Below, piece after piece: positions 21,178 through 31,519 of a stretch of 64,000 nt of DNA; the stretch's first letter is position 1; every line of letters begins with the position of its first letter. The DNA lies in sequence record SRR31156797_482; one strand, 5' to 3'. Under the pieces are notes generated by a model. It saw only the letters and a list, made by a program, of their open reading frames with translations. It was not told where the DNA came from and did no database searches. A program made the position numbers and the translations under genes.

Positions 21178-22812
21178 TTAGTGCGATAGTGTACGATCTG
21201 AGGTCTCACCGAGGTAATAGTCGTAATCGCCCTCGTAAATGCGCATTTCACCGTGATCAATCTCAACAACCCTGTTTACCAATGAGCGCAGAAAATGACG
21301 GTCATGGCTGACCAGCAGTATGGTTCCTTCAAATACCTTCAAAGCTTCAAGCAATACGCCTCGAGAAAGAATATCGAGATGGTTGGTAGGTTCATCAAGA
21401 ACCAGAAAGTTCAGGGGCCGAGCAAGGAGCTTCGCGATAACCACCCTACTTTTCTCTCCACCTGAAAGATTGGCTATACGTTTATCAATATCATCTCCCC
21501 GGAACAAAAAAGCGGCACAAATATTACGGATGACACCGATGTTCTCAAGCGGCAATACCTCCTGGACGGCTTCAAAAACCGTGTGCGCAGGATTAAGGGT
21601 ATCCATGGAGTGCTGGCTAAAATAACCGATGGTAACCCCTGCACCCATAACCACCTCACCTGCAGTAGCCTCTGCTCTACCTGTAATCACTTTTAACAAC
21701 GTTGATTTTCCTGCACCATTGACACCCACCAGGGCTATTTTCTCAAGCCGCCTAATGGTGCCGTTAAGGCCACTAAAAACAGGTTTAACAGTACCTTCAA
21801 CTGTCTGCCATTCTTTATCGAGATCTTTAAGATGGAGCACATCTTCCCCGCTTCGCTGGGGAACAGGAAAGTTGAACTTCATAACTTTCTGCTCCGGCGG
21901 CAGTACGATGCGTTCAATTTTTTCTAATTTCTTGATGCGTGATTGGACTTGAGCGGCATGGGAAACACGGGCAGCAAACTTGGCTATGAACTCTTCTTCC
22001 TTGGCAAGCATTTCCTGTTGACGGCGATAGCTAGCCACTAACTGTTCCCGGCGGATTTCACTTTCACGCTGGTAAAAATCGTAATCCCCATTGTAGGTAG
22101 TTGCTTGGCCATTGGCAATTTCGATAATTCGGGAGACGATCCGGTTCATGAAATCACGATCATGGCAGGTCATCAACAACGCCCCTTTATATTCGCTTGC
22201 CAGCCACTCCTCGAGCCAAAGAATCGATTCAATATCAAGATGATTTGTCGGCTCATCCAGTAACAGCACATCCGGATTAATGACGAGTATCTTTGCCAGG
22301 GCAATACGCATCTTCCAACCGCCACTGTACGTTTCTACGGGAAGCGAAAAATCTTCTTCAAAAAAACCAAGCCCACTCAGAATCGCCTTGGCGCGTGAAT
22401 CAAGATCATACCCTCCTCGGTGCTCGAAGATGTCGGTTACTTTGCCATAGGTTTCCAGCAAATCTGCGAGTTCATCATTGTCCATCGGCTCACTCATCTG
22501 AGCTTCCATTTCACGCATCTGGCGCCCGAGTTCAACAACCTCACCTGCTGCAGACATAACCTCCTCAAGAACCGATCGGCCTGCCATCTCGCCAACATCT
22601 TGTGAAAAATACCCAACAACGGTCTTTTTAGAGCAAGAGATATCGCCCTTGTCCGGCTCTTCCTCCCCTGTGATAAGTCGAAAAACAGAAGTTTTTCCCG
22701 CACCGTTCGGCCCGACAAGACCGTTACGACTCTGGGGGAGGACCTGGAGGCTTGCATCTTGAAACAAAATATGAGAACCGTACTGCTTATATATGTTGTT
22801 TAAATGTATCAT
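21178..22812 (-). CDS. ABC-F family ATPase
   Basis: Two NBDs (GPNGAGKT/SGGW/DEPTNHLD; GVNGAGKS/SGGE/DEPTNHLD) and no TM segments. Confidence 0.93.
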   Translation of the reverse strand: MIHLNNIYKQYGSHILFQDASLQVLPQSRNGLVGPNGAGKTSVFRLITGEEEPDKGDISCSKKTVVGYFSQDVGEMAGRSVLEEVMSAAGEVVELGRQMREMEAQMSEPMDNDELADLLETYGKVTDIFEHRGGYDLDSRAKAILSGLGFFEEDFSLPVETYSGGWKMRIALAKILVINPDVLLLDEPTNHLDIESILWLEEWLASEYKGALLMTCHDRDFMNRIVSRIIEIANGQATTYNGDYDFYQRESEIRREQLVASYRRQQEMLAKEEEFIAKFAARVSHAAQVQSRIKKLEKIERIVLPPEQKVMKFNFPVPQRSGEDVLHLKDLDKEWQTVEGTVKPVFSGLNGTIRRLEKIALVGVNGAGKSTLLKVITGRAEATAGEVVMGAGVTIGYFSQHSMDTLNPAHTVFEAVQEVLPLENIGVIRNICAAFLFRGDDIDKRIANLSGGEKSRVVIAKLLARPLNFLVLDEPTNHLDILSRGVLLEALKVFEGTILLVSHDRHFLRSLVNRVVEIDHGEMRIYEGDYDYYLGETSDRTLSH

Positions 22813-23035
22813 GGAGCACTTGTTTTAACGGTTGTATTGGAAAAAATGGTGCGGAAGGTAGCACAGCCCAGCAGGGTACGCAAGCACAATGCAACCCTGC
22901 CATGTCGCTGATAGCCTGCGCTATTTTTTACGTTGCCAGCACTATCTCAAAACTTCTCGTGCCAGGAATTTCTTTAAAAGGGTCGCAAGTGGAAGGGTTG
23001 GTTATATGGAGGAGGTGGCAAACGCAAGCCAGTTT

Positions 23036-23314
23036 TCAATCCTTCCAGTTGTCTTTAATCCACTTTATCGTATCCTTTTGGCTGTTGATTTCTTCTGGAA
23101 GTCGATCATGGATCATTTTTTCTATTTTTTTGCCAAAGCTGTCCACATCCCATGCTAAGTGATTGGCCAAATGATTGACAATATAAAGTGTCTGCCAGCC
23201 TTCTTTCCTATTAAAGGTCGAAGCATCTGGTATCCCGGAAATCGCGGGATCATCTTTTTCGTATTGGGACCAATTATATTCATAAACAAGGTCATCTTTT
23301 GTAAAAGTTTCCAT
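23036..23314 (-). CDS. Hypothetical protein (92 aa)
   Basis: GAGGTAG SD before ATG; globular-looking acidic/aromatic sequence; no family recognised. Confidence 0.65.
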   Translation of the reverse strand: METFTKDDLVYEYNWSQYEKDDPAISGIPDASTFNRKEGWQTLYIVNHLANHLAWDVDSFGKKIEKMIHDRLPEEINSQKDTIKWIKDNWKD

Positions 23315-23643
23315 AACTACCTCTCATAATGACGGAAAGATTAAAAATAAAGTTGGCAGCATATGTTTACTTTAAACACCAAGTCAGCAATGTCTCCGTA
23401 TTATTGCTCAAATTTCATACGTCAACTGACATTTACTATACTAGCCGAGGGGAAAAAGGGACAAGATGTAGCCCCTGAATTATCCGTTAGCAAAACCATG
23501 CACTGTGGAACAAAAACGACTTGCCCCCTCCAAATCAGCCAGGTCGGAGTTAATGCAAAAACATTATCGAAACTGCCAGGCTGAATCTCCAGTGGATCAA
23601 TTGACCTATATGAACACCAAAGATCCAAACCAATGCTAGTTCC

Positions 23644-24462
23644 TCAGTTATGTTCCTTTTGGCGTGCAAGACTGCCGAGGTAGGAGCTCATGTCACCACA
23701 ACCCACCTGGGACCAGGCACCATCGACAGGCAGGATAACACCGCTGATATAGCTACTCAAATCCGAACCCAAGAATAGACACACTTGAGCGATATCCTCC
23801 GGCAATCCCATTCGTCCGAGGGGCACTGATTCGACCACTCGCTGCCGTACCGAATCGTTAGGCGCAAGCCGCGCCATCCCCTCAGTGCCGTCAATCGGGC
23901 CGGGAACGACAGAGTTTACCCGAATGCCCTCGCGACCCCACTCCAATGCCAGAGTGCGAGTTATCATATCCACCCCAGCTTTGGCAGAGCAGACATGGGC
24001 CTGGGCTTCTATCGGCAAGAACGACTGCGGCGCCGAAATATTGATAACACTGGCGCCAGGTCTTTTCAGGTAAGAGAAACTGGCTTTCATGACATGAAAG
24101 GTCCCAATGAGGTCGATTTCGACCACGCTCCGGAAGGCATTGGCTGACATACCGTTGACAGTTGCGGGGAAATTACCAGCCGCACCGGAGACAAGTACAT
24201 CGAAATCGCCAAAGGCCTCATGGACCTTTGCCAGCCCCGCTTCAATAGCGGACAGATCGCGTACATCAGCTGAAAACCCCATGGCTTCAGCGCCCAGTGT
24301 CTCCAGGTAATCTACCGTGTCCTGCACTTTGTCATCGGAGCGGCTGGCAACAGCAATTCGGGCTCCGTGTAGGGCAAACAGCTCGGCGACGCCCCGGTTG
24401 ATGCCACTGGTTCCGCCGATTACCCCCACTGTTTTGTTGCTAAAATCAATCACCAGGCTCAT
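23644..24462 (-). CDS. SDR oxidoreductase, 2,4-dienoyl-CoA reductase-like
   Basis: GGTSGIN, GAAGNF, His in place of the catalytic Tyr (HVCSAK), PGPI, PLGR.G. Confidence 0.88.
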   Translation of the reverse strand: MSLVIDFSNKTVGVIGGTSGINRGVAELFALHGARIAVASRSDDKVQDTVDYLETLGAEAMGFSADVRDLSAIEAGLAKVHEAFGDFDVLVSGAAGNFPATVNGMSANAFRSVVEIDLIGTFHVMKASFSYLKRPGASVINISAPQSFLPIEAQAHVCSAKAGVDMITRTLALEWGREGIRVNSVVPGPIDGTEGMARLAPNDSVRQRVVESVPLGRMGLPEDIAQVCLFLGSDLSSYISGVILPVDGAWSQVGCGDMSSYLGSLARQKEHN

Positions 24463-24779
24463 CGCTCTCCCCTCACTCTCTTTTTTTTTTTATAACTGCA
24501 ACCATCGCGGCCTGGCTATGCTGGGCCTACAATGCCATCACACACGTCACAGCAGCCGGGTAAACTTTAATGGCAAGTAATGGACAAAAACAGGCTGATG
24601 GCGCATCTTCAATGCTGGATAGCAGTATAACACATGGAAAAAGTCCATAATATCTCATCACTACAACTGGACATTTTTTACAACTTAACTCCTACCAAAC
24701 AGTTCGACCTAGAGCCCTATACAATGCATAAGTTTTGGGTTTCTGTAAAAGAGGTACTCCAGCGATCAATGAGTAATGG

Positions 24780-24997
24780 GGCTGTCTCAAGCAATTGCAG
24801 TTGAGATTTCTGCTGAGCCTTTCGTATAGCGCTTTCCGTAACCGGCAGGAGGACCTGCCCCACTGACTGTAGGCCGCAATAGAGGGCGTCCAGAAGATGT
24901 AGATTCTCTAAGTATCACCAACCCGCTTACTGGTTTCAGAGCAGGTAAAGCCAGCATTCAGGAACTTAATCGAAAAAAGTAATTATTCAAGATGGCC
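24780..24997. repeat. MITE-like element (about 218 bp)
   Basis: Right end AATTATTCAAGATGGCC is 16/17 identical to 4518-4534; degenerate left end GGCTGTCTCAAGCAATT. Confidence 0.5.
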
Positions 24998-25863
24998 TAT
25001 ATTCGTATCAGAACAATTGAGAGAATCGTCAAAAGTATCCCTATAAATCCGGCAGGGTGTATCTGCTCATGATAAATGAGCGCAGATAATATAATAGCAA
25101 TGACGAAATGCATACCCACAATGGCTGCAATAAGCGAGAGAGGACCGCGTTCCAGAGCATAGAGAAAGGCGTAAAACCCGGCAAAATTAAATCCGCCCAT
25201 GACGACGCCCACCCCCACCGCAGCCAAGCGTTTTGTTGTTACCTTGTGCTGGGGGGAGACGACTTTGGGTATGGCTAGTGAGCCGATCATCCCCATCAGA
25301 TAGGACAAGGCCATGAAGGCAAGTTTGTCCGTATACACAGCGGCAAATTTGGATGAGATGCTTGCCACCGAACCCCCCAAAAGTGCGAGAACGATAAAAA
25401 CGGCTCCCTGCCGTTTCCGTTTCACGGTTATGGTATTGTCTCCCCCCATTTGGGTTGTGAGAACAATCATGGCGGCAACAGCGATTAGCAGCCCGACGAC
25501 CTGGAGCGGGGAAACCTGTTCTTTGAAGTAGACAATGGAAAAAACAGCAACCACCACTACGTTGAGGCGAATGATGCTGTAGGCGATGTTAGCCGGGATA
25601 TACTTGAGTGCTTCTATGTGGGAGACTGTAGCCACCAGAAAAGATACGCTGTTGATCAGGGCCACTGCCGCGAGAACACCAATATTGACGGCGAGCTGCT
25701 GCTGGAAAAAGTATGTTCCACCGCTCAACAGCGTGACTGTCGCCATGAAGGCAAAGGTTACCCACTGGGTCGGATAGTACCTTTCGGCTGCGACCTTATA
25801 AAAAAAACGCTGAATGCCCATCAACAGCAATGCGAGTAAGGCTGGGAAATACCAGGAGTCCAT
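24997..25863 (-). CDS. EamA/DMT family transporter
   Basis: About 10 TM helices in two EamA repeats, each ending with a ..E.....G motif. Confidence 0.85.
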   Translation of the reverse strand: MDSWYFPALLALLLMGIQRFFYKVAAERYYPTQWVTFAFMATVTLLSGGTYFFQQQLAVNIGVLAAVALINSVSFLVATVSHIEALKYIPANIAYSIIRLNVVVVAVFSIVYFKEQVSPLQVVGLLIAVAAMIVLTTQMGGDNTITVKRKRQGAVFIVLALLGGSVASISSKFAAVYTDKLAFMALSYLMGMIGSLAIPKVVSPQHKVTTKRLAAVGVGVVMGGFNFAGFYAFLYALERGPLSLIAAIVGMHFVIAIILSALIYHEQIHPAGFIGILLTILSIVLIRI

Positions 25864-26275
25864 TGGTTACCCTTTAGCTTGTGTGTACGGGTCGGAACCG
25901 GCTTACAGGTATAGGTTGGAGTCTTATTATCGAACAAAGTTACTCAAGAGAGGAAAGAATACGGCACCTCTTACCCAAGATACTTTATATCATGCAAAAT
26001 AGGAAACACACCACCTTACCTGCTACCCACTGATATCAGCATAGGGAAAAGTGGTTCCCCCCTGTTTTTACAGTTCACACCATGTTTTATGGTCTATTGG
26101 TCTATAATGCCCAGTATTCCCTGGTGACTATACAAAGAGCACCAAAGTGCTTCCAGCCACCAGAAGTGACAACCATAGGGGGTATGACAGCGGCAGCTTG
26201 GTCATATCGAAGAGGAGGATAAGAAGTATAGCCCCAAAGCTGAGAAAAGCTGTTAGAACGGAATCGCTGCTTTTT

Positions 26276-27151
26276 TCATAGAGCATTTGCCGCTGCTTTT
26301 CGTATAGCGCTATCTTTATCCTGAGTCGCTGTTTGTAAAAATGCTTTGGCTGGTGGGCTGCTGTTTCCGGCCAAAGATTTTACCGCCTCCAACCGTACTG
26401 TCGCATCCTTTTCCCCCAGGACAATCTGACCAAGAACTAAAACAGCATTCAACGTACCAATCTGCCCAAGTTGTTCCGCAACATAACGACGAAGACCAGG
26501 ATCAGGCTTTTCAAGGACTTGTGCCATGGTGCGAACAGACTCATCACTCCCGATGGCAGCCAACTCCCTCACTGCAAGTTCAAGCTTGTTGGTGCTCCCT
26601 TCATTCAGAATGGCCCTTTGCAGCCGTGCTATATCGTAAGAGTCTTCTTCTGCCGGATTTTCCTCTATCTCGTCGACAGCCTGCTCGTGAATAAAAACAG
26701 TCCGCGGCACGCTATAACCTCTGCCCCTTTCTATTGGAGACGCCCCGGCAATGGATGTCTTTCCTCTGTTTTGCTGAAAGATCCACACTTCTTTAATCTG
26801 ATCCAGTACACCTACCTGTTCAAAAAGAACAACCATTGAATGCTTGCCGACAATACGACGCAGTGCAGCTTCCAGGGGACTTTTTGCGAGTTCAATATCC
26901 ACCGTTGATGAAAGGGTTCCGTATACTATCAGTTTGAATCCTGCTTGAGATGCAATTTCCTCCAGCGCTTCCTCAAGGGGATAGCCGTTTGCTTGTACAC
27001 TTAGCTTGTTTTCAAACAGCTGGAAATCAAAGGTTGCACTTAAAAGGGGCAAGGGTGTTGCCAGTGAGCACATACTGCCCCACCAAATGAGAAGGAATAT
27101 TCTTTTAATGTGGAAAATATCTTTAATGAGTATGTGTATATGGGGGAACAT
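26276..27151 (-). CDS. Exported protein: STN/secretin-N0-like domain + HEAT repeats
   Basis: Hydrophobic N-terminus; LSV.A...PLEEALEEIA..AG...PLEAALRRI; C-terminal HEAT_2 repeats (D..VR..AV..L). Confidence 0.65.
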   Translation of the reverse strand: MFPHIHILIKDIFHIKRIFLLIWWGSMCSLATPLPLLSATFDFQLFENKLSVQANGYPLEEALEEIASQAGFKLIVYGTLSSTVDIELAKSPLEAALRRIVGKHSMVVLFEQVGVLDQIKEVWIFQQNRGKTSIAGASPIERGRGYSVPRTVFIHEQAVDEIEENPAEEDSYDIARLQRAILNEGSTNKLELAVRELAAIGSDESVRTMAQVLEKPDPGLRRYVAEQLGQIGTLNAVLVLGQIVLGEKDATVRLEAVKSLAGNSSPPAKAFLQTATQDKDSAIRKAAANAL

Positions 27152-27225
27152 ATATTATTTCACTATCCGTAGCATCGGGTTAACAAAGCAAGAAACCAGG
27201 GAATAACAGGCAGATAATAAACAGC

Positions 27226-28410
27226 TTGCCGATGATATCGTACCCAATCATGCACCAATCCATCAAAGCATACATCCCTGGTCTCACCGGCTTACGTGGC
27301 ATAGCGGCATTTGGTGTTTTCCTTGTCCATTATAACCAGATTGTCCTTTTAGACTTTGTTTGGGGACCGCTTGATCTCTATGAACTGCTTGCTAACGGAG
27401 AATATGGCGTCGGCATCTTCTTCTCTTTGAGCGGTTTTTTGCTCAGCCTACCATACTGGCAATCAAGGACATGCGGCACTCCCTTTCCAAACACCATCAA
27501 TTATTGTTGTTGTAACCGAATTGTCAGGATCACCCCTGCCTACTTTTTTGCAGTGACGGGCCTTATTCTTTTTTATAATTATTGGTTAATTCCCGGTGCC
27601 TGGTCAGATATCCTGCTCCACTATAGTTTTCTCTTCAATCTGACAGAATTTTCAATTTTCAGCCTTAACCCGTCATTTTGGACCTTAGCTCTCGAGATGC
27701 AGTTTTATTGCCTGCTGCCCCTGTTTTTTTATCTGGTGTACAGACTCTCCAACTCCTTATCTCTATCGACTCTGGTGATCGTGGCAGTGCTGTCCTATCT
27801 TGTACATCGACTATTTATCAATGCTGTCACCCAAGGGGTCCCTTGGCCGCTGGACGGACGATTAACCTGGATACGCCTGAACGGAGCAGTACTCAATTAC
27901 TCCCCCTTTGCCCATTTGCCCCATTTTGTCATAGGTGTTTTTTCCGCTTTTTTGTACTTACAATTGCAGAAGTACCGCAAAAAAAGATCTTTACTTGTAC
28001 AAAACAGCAGCGAGATTATTTTCTGGGTATTTTCCTGTTTTCTCTTCACTTTACTGGCAGCGCCTGATCTTCTAGCTGCTCTGCAGGTACCCCATGGCCG
28101 GTATGGTCTTCCCCTGCTTCCCATGCTCATGGGCGGGCTTATACTGGTACTGCCCTTCACCACTTATGCTGTTCACTTACTTGAATGGAAACCAGTAAAG
28201 GCTTTTGGTGTTCTCTCGTATGGTTTTTATCTCTTCCACCACCCCGCGTTGCAATTGACAGACAGGGGTATGACTGAGTTCCATCTCAATGCACCGGATT
28301 ACCCTCTTGTTTTCGCTCTTATGAGCTTTTCCCTTGCCACCCTTGCAGCGCTTTTTACCTACACTTGCATAGAGCGACCGGTTCTTGCATTGTGGAAAAA
28401 GAAAAAGTGA
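27226..28410 (+). CDS. Acyltransferase-3 (OafA-like) membrane O-acyltransferase
   Basis: GLTGLRGIAAFGVFLVH, GV.IFF.LSGFLL, RI.PAY, WTLALEMQFY, SYGFYLFH, TY..IERP. Confidence 0.92.
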   Translation: MPMISYPIMHQSIKAYIPGLTGLRGIAAFGVFLVHYNQIVLLDFVWGPLDLYELLANGEYGVGIFFSLSGFLLSLPYWQSRTCGTPFPNTINYCCCNRIVRITPAYFFAVTGLILFYNYWLIPGAWSDILLHYSFLFNLTEFSIFSLNPSFWTLALEMQFYCLLPLFFYLVYRLSNSLSLSTLVIVAVLSYLVHRLFINAVTQGVPWPLDGRLTWIRLNGAVLNYSPFAHLPHFVIGVFSAFLYLQLQKYRKKRSLLVQNSSEIIFWVFSCFLFTLLAAPDLLAALQVPHGRYGLPLLPMLMGGLILVLPFTTYAVHLLEWKPVKAFGVLSYGFYLFHHPALQLTDRGMTEFHLNAPDYPLVFALMSFSLATLAALFTYTCIERPVLALWKKKK

Positions 28411-28443
28411 TCGTTGATGCCTCTTAATGCGCTCCATACAATG

Positions 28444-29422
28444 TTATTGCTGTATGGCAGCAAATGTTTCAAGATGCGTATTGACCTTGGCATCTAGCTC
28501 AGGCTTCCACGTTTCCGGCATAATAGCCGCTACTTGTCCAAGCAGCGTACTACATGTTGTTTTTTCTTTTTCTGTTAAAGCTCGCTGTTCACCCGCCGAA
28601 AGCCACATATATGCTTTGGCAAGTGCTGGGGCAGAAATTTGCTCGCCCTTTTTCAGTGCGTCTCCATTCATATAATAGCGTGCCGTTGGCAGGTACGCTG
28701 GTTGGTATCCGTTTGCAGCTGCCGTTTCCAACCACTTCAACGCCTTATCATCGGAGTACAGCTCTGGAGACTGGCTATCGCGATGGAGCATCCCTAACAA
28801 ATACTGGGCCTGATGGTTTCCCTGTTGAGCTGCCTGATGGTACCAATGGTAAGCTTGATAGGTTTTTTTTTTTCACCTGCTGCCCCTGCATGTACATGGC
28901 ACCAAGCTGCAGTTGGGCTTGTTGGTTGCCGATGGATGCGGCCTGGAGCAGATGTTTAAGGCCCCTTGCCTTATCTGCATCGTTCTCGGCAGCCAGTAGC
29001 AGCCGCGCTGCAGGAAAATGTGAGCCACCGTGCCCTAAAACAACAGCCTGTTCATACCAAGAGATGGCATCTGGGAGCGATTGACCAAAGGCAACCCCTT
29101 TCTCCAAACATGCTGCATAATAATGAGCTGCAGCCGGAATATCTCCTTTGGCAGCATTTGCATACCACTTGCAAGCCTCCAACCGATCGGGCTTGCGCCC
29201 CCATCCATACTCATAAAAAAGAGCAAGAGTGAATTGGGCGAGCGGGTTATTTTTCTCGGTGGCCAAGGCAGAGTACATCTGAAAAGCCCTGGTATACTCC
29301 CCCTCACTAAGCATTTTCTGGGCTCGTCGACTTTCTCTTGCATAATCGCTTGCAATCACCACAGCCGAGTAAGCCGTAATCAGCATCAGTATGGTTCCAA
29401 AAAAGATCGAATACCTCATCAA
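28444..29422 (-). pseudogene. Secreted Sel1-repeat protein split by a frameshift in an A11 tract
   Basis: ORFs 28775..29422 and 28444..28800; removing one A from 28863-28873 gives continuous Sel1 repeats (VKKKTYQAYHWYHQAAQQGNHQAQYLLGML). Confidence 0.8.
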
Positions 29423-29518
29423 AAACGCCTCAGTATGTATCAGATTTATTCTATCGTTTCCCTAGCGTTCAAGTACCAATGCAACGTGTGGGCAAAAGAG
29501 AATGCACCCTGTATATCT

Positions 29519-29558
29519 CAAAAAAACAGGGCGCCTCCTTTCCTGAAAGCGCCCCGGT
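29519..29558 (-). terminator. Terminator after tail-collar gene
   Basis: Minus strand ACCGGGGCGC...GGCGCCCTGT followed by T7. Confidence 0.65.
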
Positions 29559-29581
29559 ACCCAGCGCTACTGTGTGACAAT

Positions 29582-30193
29582 TTAGCTTCTGGAAGGGAAG
29601 AGACCTACCAAGGCGATGATGTGGTTAATCCCAAGAGACGGTTGACTGATGTCAAACCCCTGCCCACCACCAGTATTTGCTGTACCCACTGTCATGGTAA
29701 CATCAGGAGCTGCAGATGAATATGCCCGGTCCCGTCCATCGCGCGCCAGCACAGTTCCTGCTGCCGGGGTAGTGGTGTTTCCAGTTTGGCTATTTGCCCT
29801 CAGACCGTGGCTGTGTGGAGGAAGCTGGGCCACAGTAAGGACCTGCTGCTCACTCCCCCATTTTTGCCCCAACTGCCTACTTGCCAACCCTGGTCCGTTG
29901 CCGGGATGAACAGCTGTCCTGCCACGCAGATCAGGAAGCCCAAAGCTTGTCCGCCCGTCGCCACCATAGGTTGTCCCCAGCAGGGAAAACAGTGCAGAAT
30001 TTTCTGATATTGGCAGAAGTGCTCCGTCACAGAACGCATAGCCACGTGGTGCAAAGTTGCCGCCAAACATTTTTATCTCGGCTATAAACGGTTCACTGGC
30101 TTCGGATACAGCAGGCACACTGAACAGGATGCCAACAGTTAGCAAAGCGATACAACAGGCTGCAACGTTCTTTTTTATCATTCTCTTAATCAT
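29582..30193 (-). CDS. Phage tail-collar domain protein (MdpB/microcystin-dependent-protein-like) with signal peptide
   Basis: SEPFIAEIKMFGGNFAPRG.AFCDG.LLPI..N.ALFSLLGTTYGGDGRT.F.LPDLRGR; C-terminus QPSL..N.IIAL.G.FPSR; N-terminal Sec signal ending VSEA. Confidence 0.9.
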   Translation of the reverse strand: MIKRMIKKNVAACCIALLTVGILFSVPAVSEASEPFIAEIKMFGGNFAPRGYAFCDGALLPISENSALFSLLGTTYGGDGRTSFGLPDLRGRTAVHPGNGPGLASRQLGQKWGSEQQVLTVAQLPPHSHGLRANSQTGNTTTPAAGTVLARDGRDRAYSSAAPDVTMTVGTANTGGGQGFDISQPSLGINHIIALVGLFPSRS

Positions 30194-30265
30194 TATACTG
30201 CCTCCTCTTGTTGAGGTGATTATTACTTCACTCGTTCAATATATTAAAGCATAACCATGACCAGG

Positions 30266-31165
30266 TTATGAACGTTTCCTTCGACGTTGAACTGCAGTGA
30301 GTCCGGCCAGGCCCACCCCAAAGAGGAGCATGGTTGTTGGCTCTGGAACTGCTGCTGCCCCATGTTTGGCAACACTGTCTATACTCAAAAAGGAAGAAAA
30401 ACTGGCACTAGTTGCTCCTTCAAATGCTCCCCCGTCCAACTCATATGCACCGGTTACGGAAAACATGTCACCAGGAGCTAGAGTCAAAGTGAAGAGAAGG
30501 GTGTCAACATCGGTCACTGTGCCACCATAAACTGCAGGGTCGACAGGGTCACTATCAAACTGATTACCAAGGGCAGTATCAGCAGCAATATCGGTGAAGA
30601 CACTAGAGGAATCAACAAAGAGGTCAAATATTGAACTGGAGTATGCATCTGCTCCAGCGGCAGTCACAGAATTGTTGAACATCCACTTAATAACAACATC
30701 ATAGGTGTCTGCGACAGATGTGTTACTGATACCAAATCCCATATCAACCCCAACATAGAAGTTGCTAAAAAGACTTGGATCACTGTTGGATGTTTGAGCA
30801 TTCACTGTAATGCCAAATCCATCGTCAGGGTCAGTAAAGTTTCCAGATATGGTGGGATTTTCCTCTAGAGGATCCGGCAACGGCCCGGCTTCGTTAAAAC
30901 TGGCTGTTGTGACTGCCCCTCCTACTGTGGCAGAAACACTGCTGCCTGTTATAGAGGTAGAAGCACCAGTAGTGGAGAAAGTATCTGTATCGAATTTAAT
31001 GTTACTGCTAGAAATACTCAGGTCCCCTGGTAAAGAGGCAGCATAGGCAAGGTTCATAGCAAAAAACATTCCCGCACCACCAATCAGTGCAATTGTGCGT
31101 GCCTTGTCGGCAACGCCCCTTCGAAATATTTTTTCAAGCCTGGCGGGATAGGTTTCCTGTATCAT
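30266..31165 (-). CDS. PEP-CTERM sorting-domain surface protein
   Basis: C-terminus AVPEPTTMLLFGVGLAGLTAVQRRRKRS; signal-like segment ending AYA; S/T/D/G-rich body; ATG 31165 with AGGAGG SD. Confidence 0.92.
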   Translation of the reverse strand: MIQETYPARLEKIFRRGVADKARTIALIGGAGMFFAMNLAYAASLPGDLSISSSNIKFDTDTFSTTGASTSITGSSVSATVGGAVTTASFNEAGPLPDPLEENPTISGNFTDPDDGFGITVNAQTSNSDPSLFSNFYVGVDMGFGISNTSVADTYDVVIKWMFNNSVTAAGADAYSSSIFDLFVDSSSVFTDIAADTALGNQFDSDPVDPAVYGGTVTDVDTLLFTLTLAPGDMFSVTGAYELDGGAFEGATSASFSSFLSIDSVAKHGAAAVPEPTTMLLFGVGLAGLTAVQRRRKRS

Positions 31166-31519
31166 AGATGGACCTCCTGTTCCAAGTTGGCACGGTAGAG
31201 GTTGAGCTACAGAAATAAAAATGTCATCAAGACTGGGACGGTATTTTTCCCATGACATTTTTAAAGAATCACTCCTCTTTCCCTTGCAAGCCCCCCCTGC
31301 CACACTGTGGCACAAAACAACTTGTCAGCATTACAGTATGTTACAAATTAACGGCAAGTTACAGTTGTCATCTTTTTGTATTTTTTTCGATTAAAAGGAA
31401 AATAAATTCTGAAACACGGAATACCATACGGCACATTCGTTGCGATGAAGGAATATTATGCACGTCAGCAATACTTCGACCAAGTAATTATCCTGGACCA
31501 CCAGGACATACAAAAATAG

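Noticed and set aside
27500-27516. (TGT)3 microsatellite giving CCC in the acyltransferase
   Set aside because: In frame and too short to suggest variation
29582-30193. Prophage or tailocin locus
   Set aside because: No capsid, sheath, tube, baseplate, lysis or integrase genes nearby; the protein has a signal peptide
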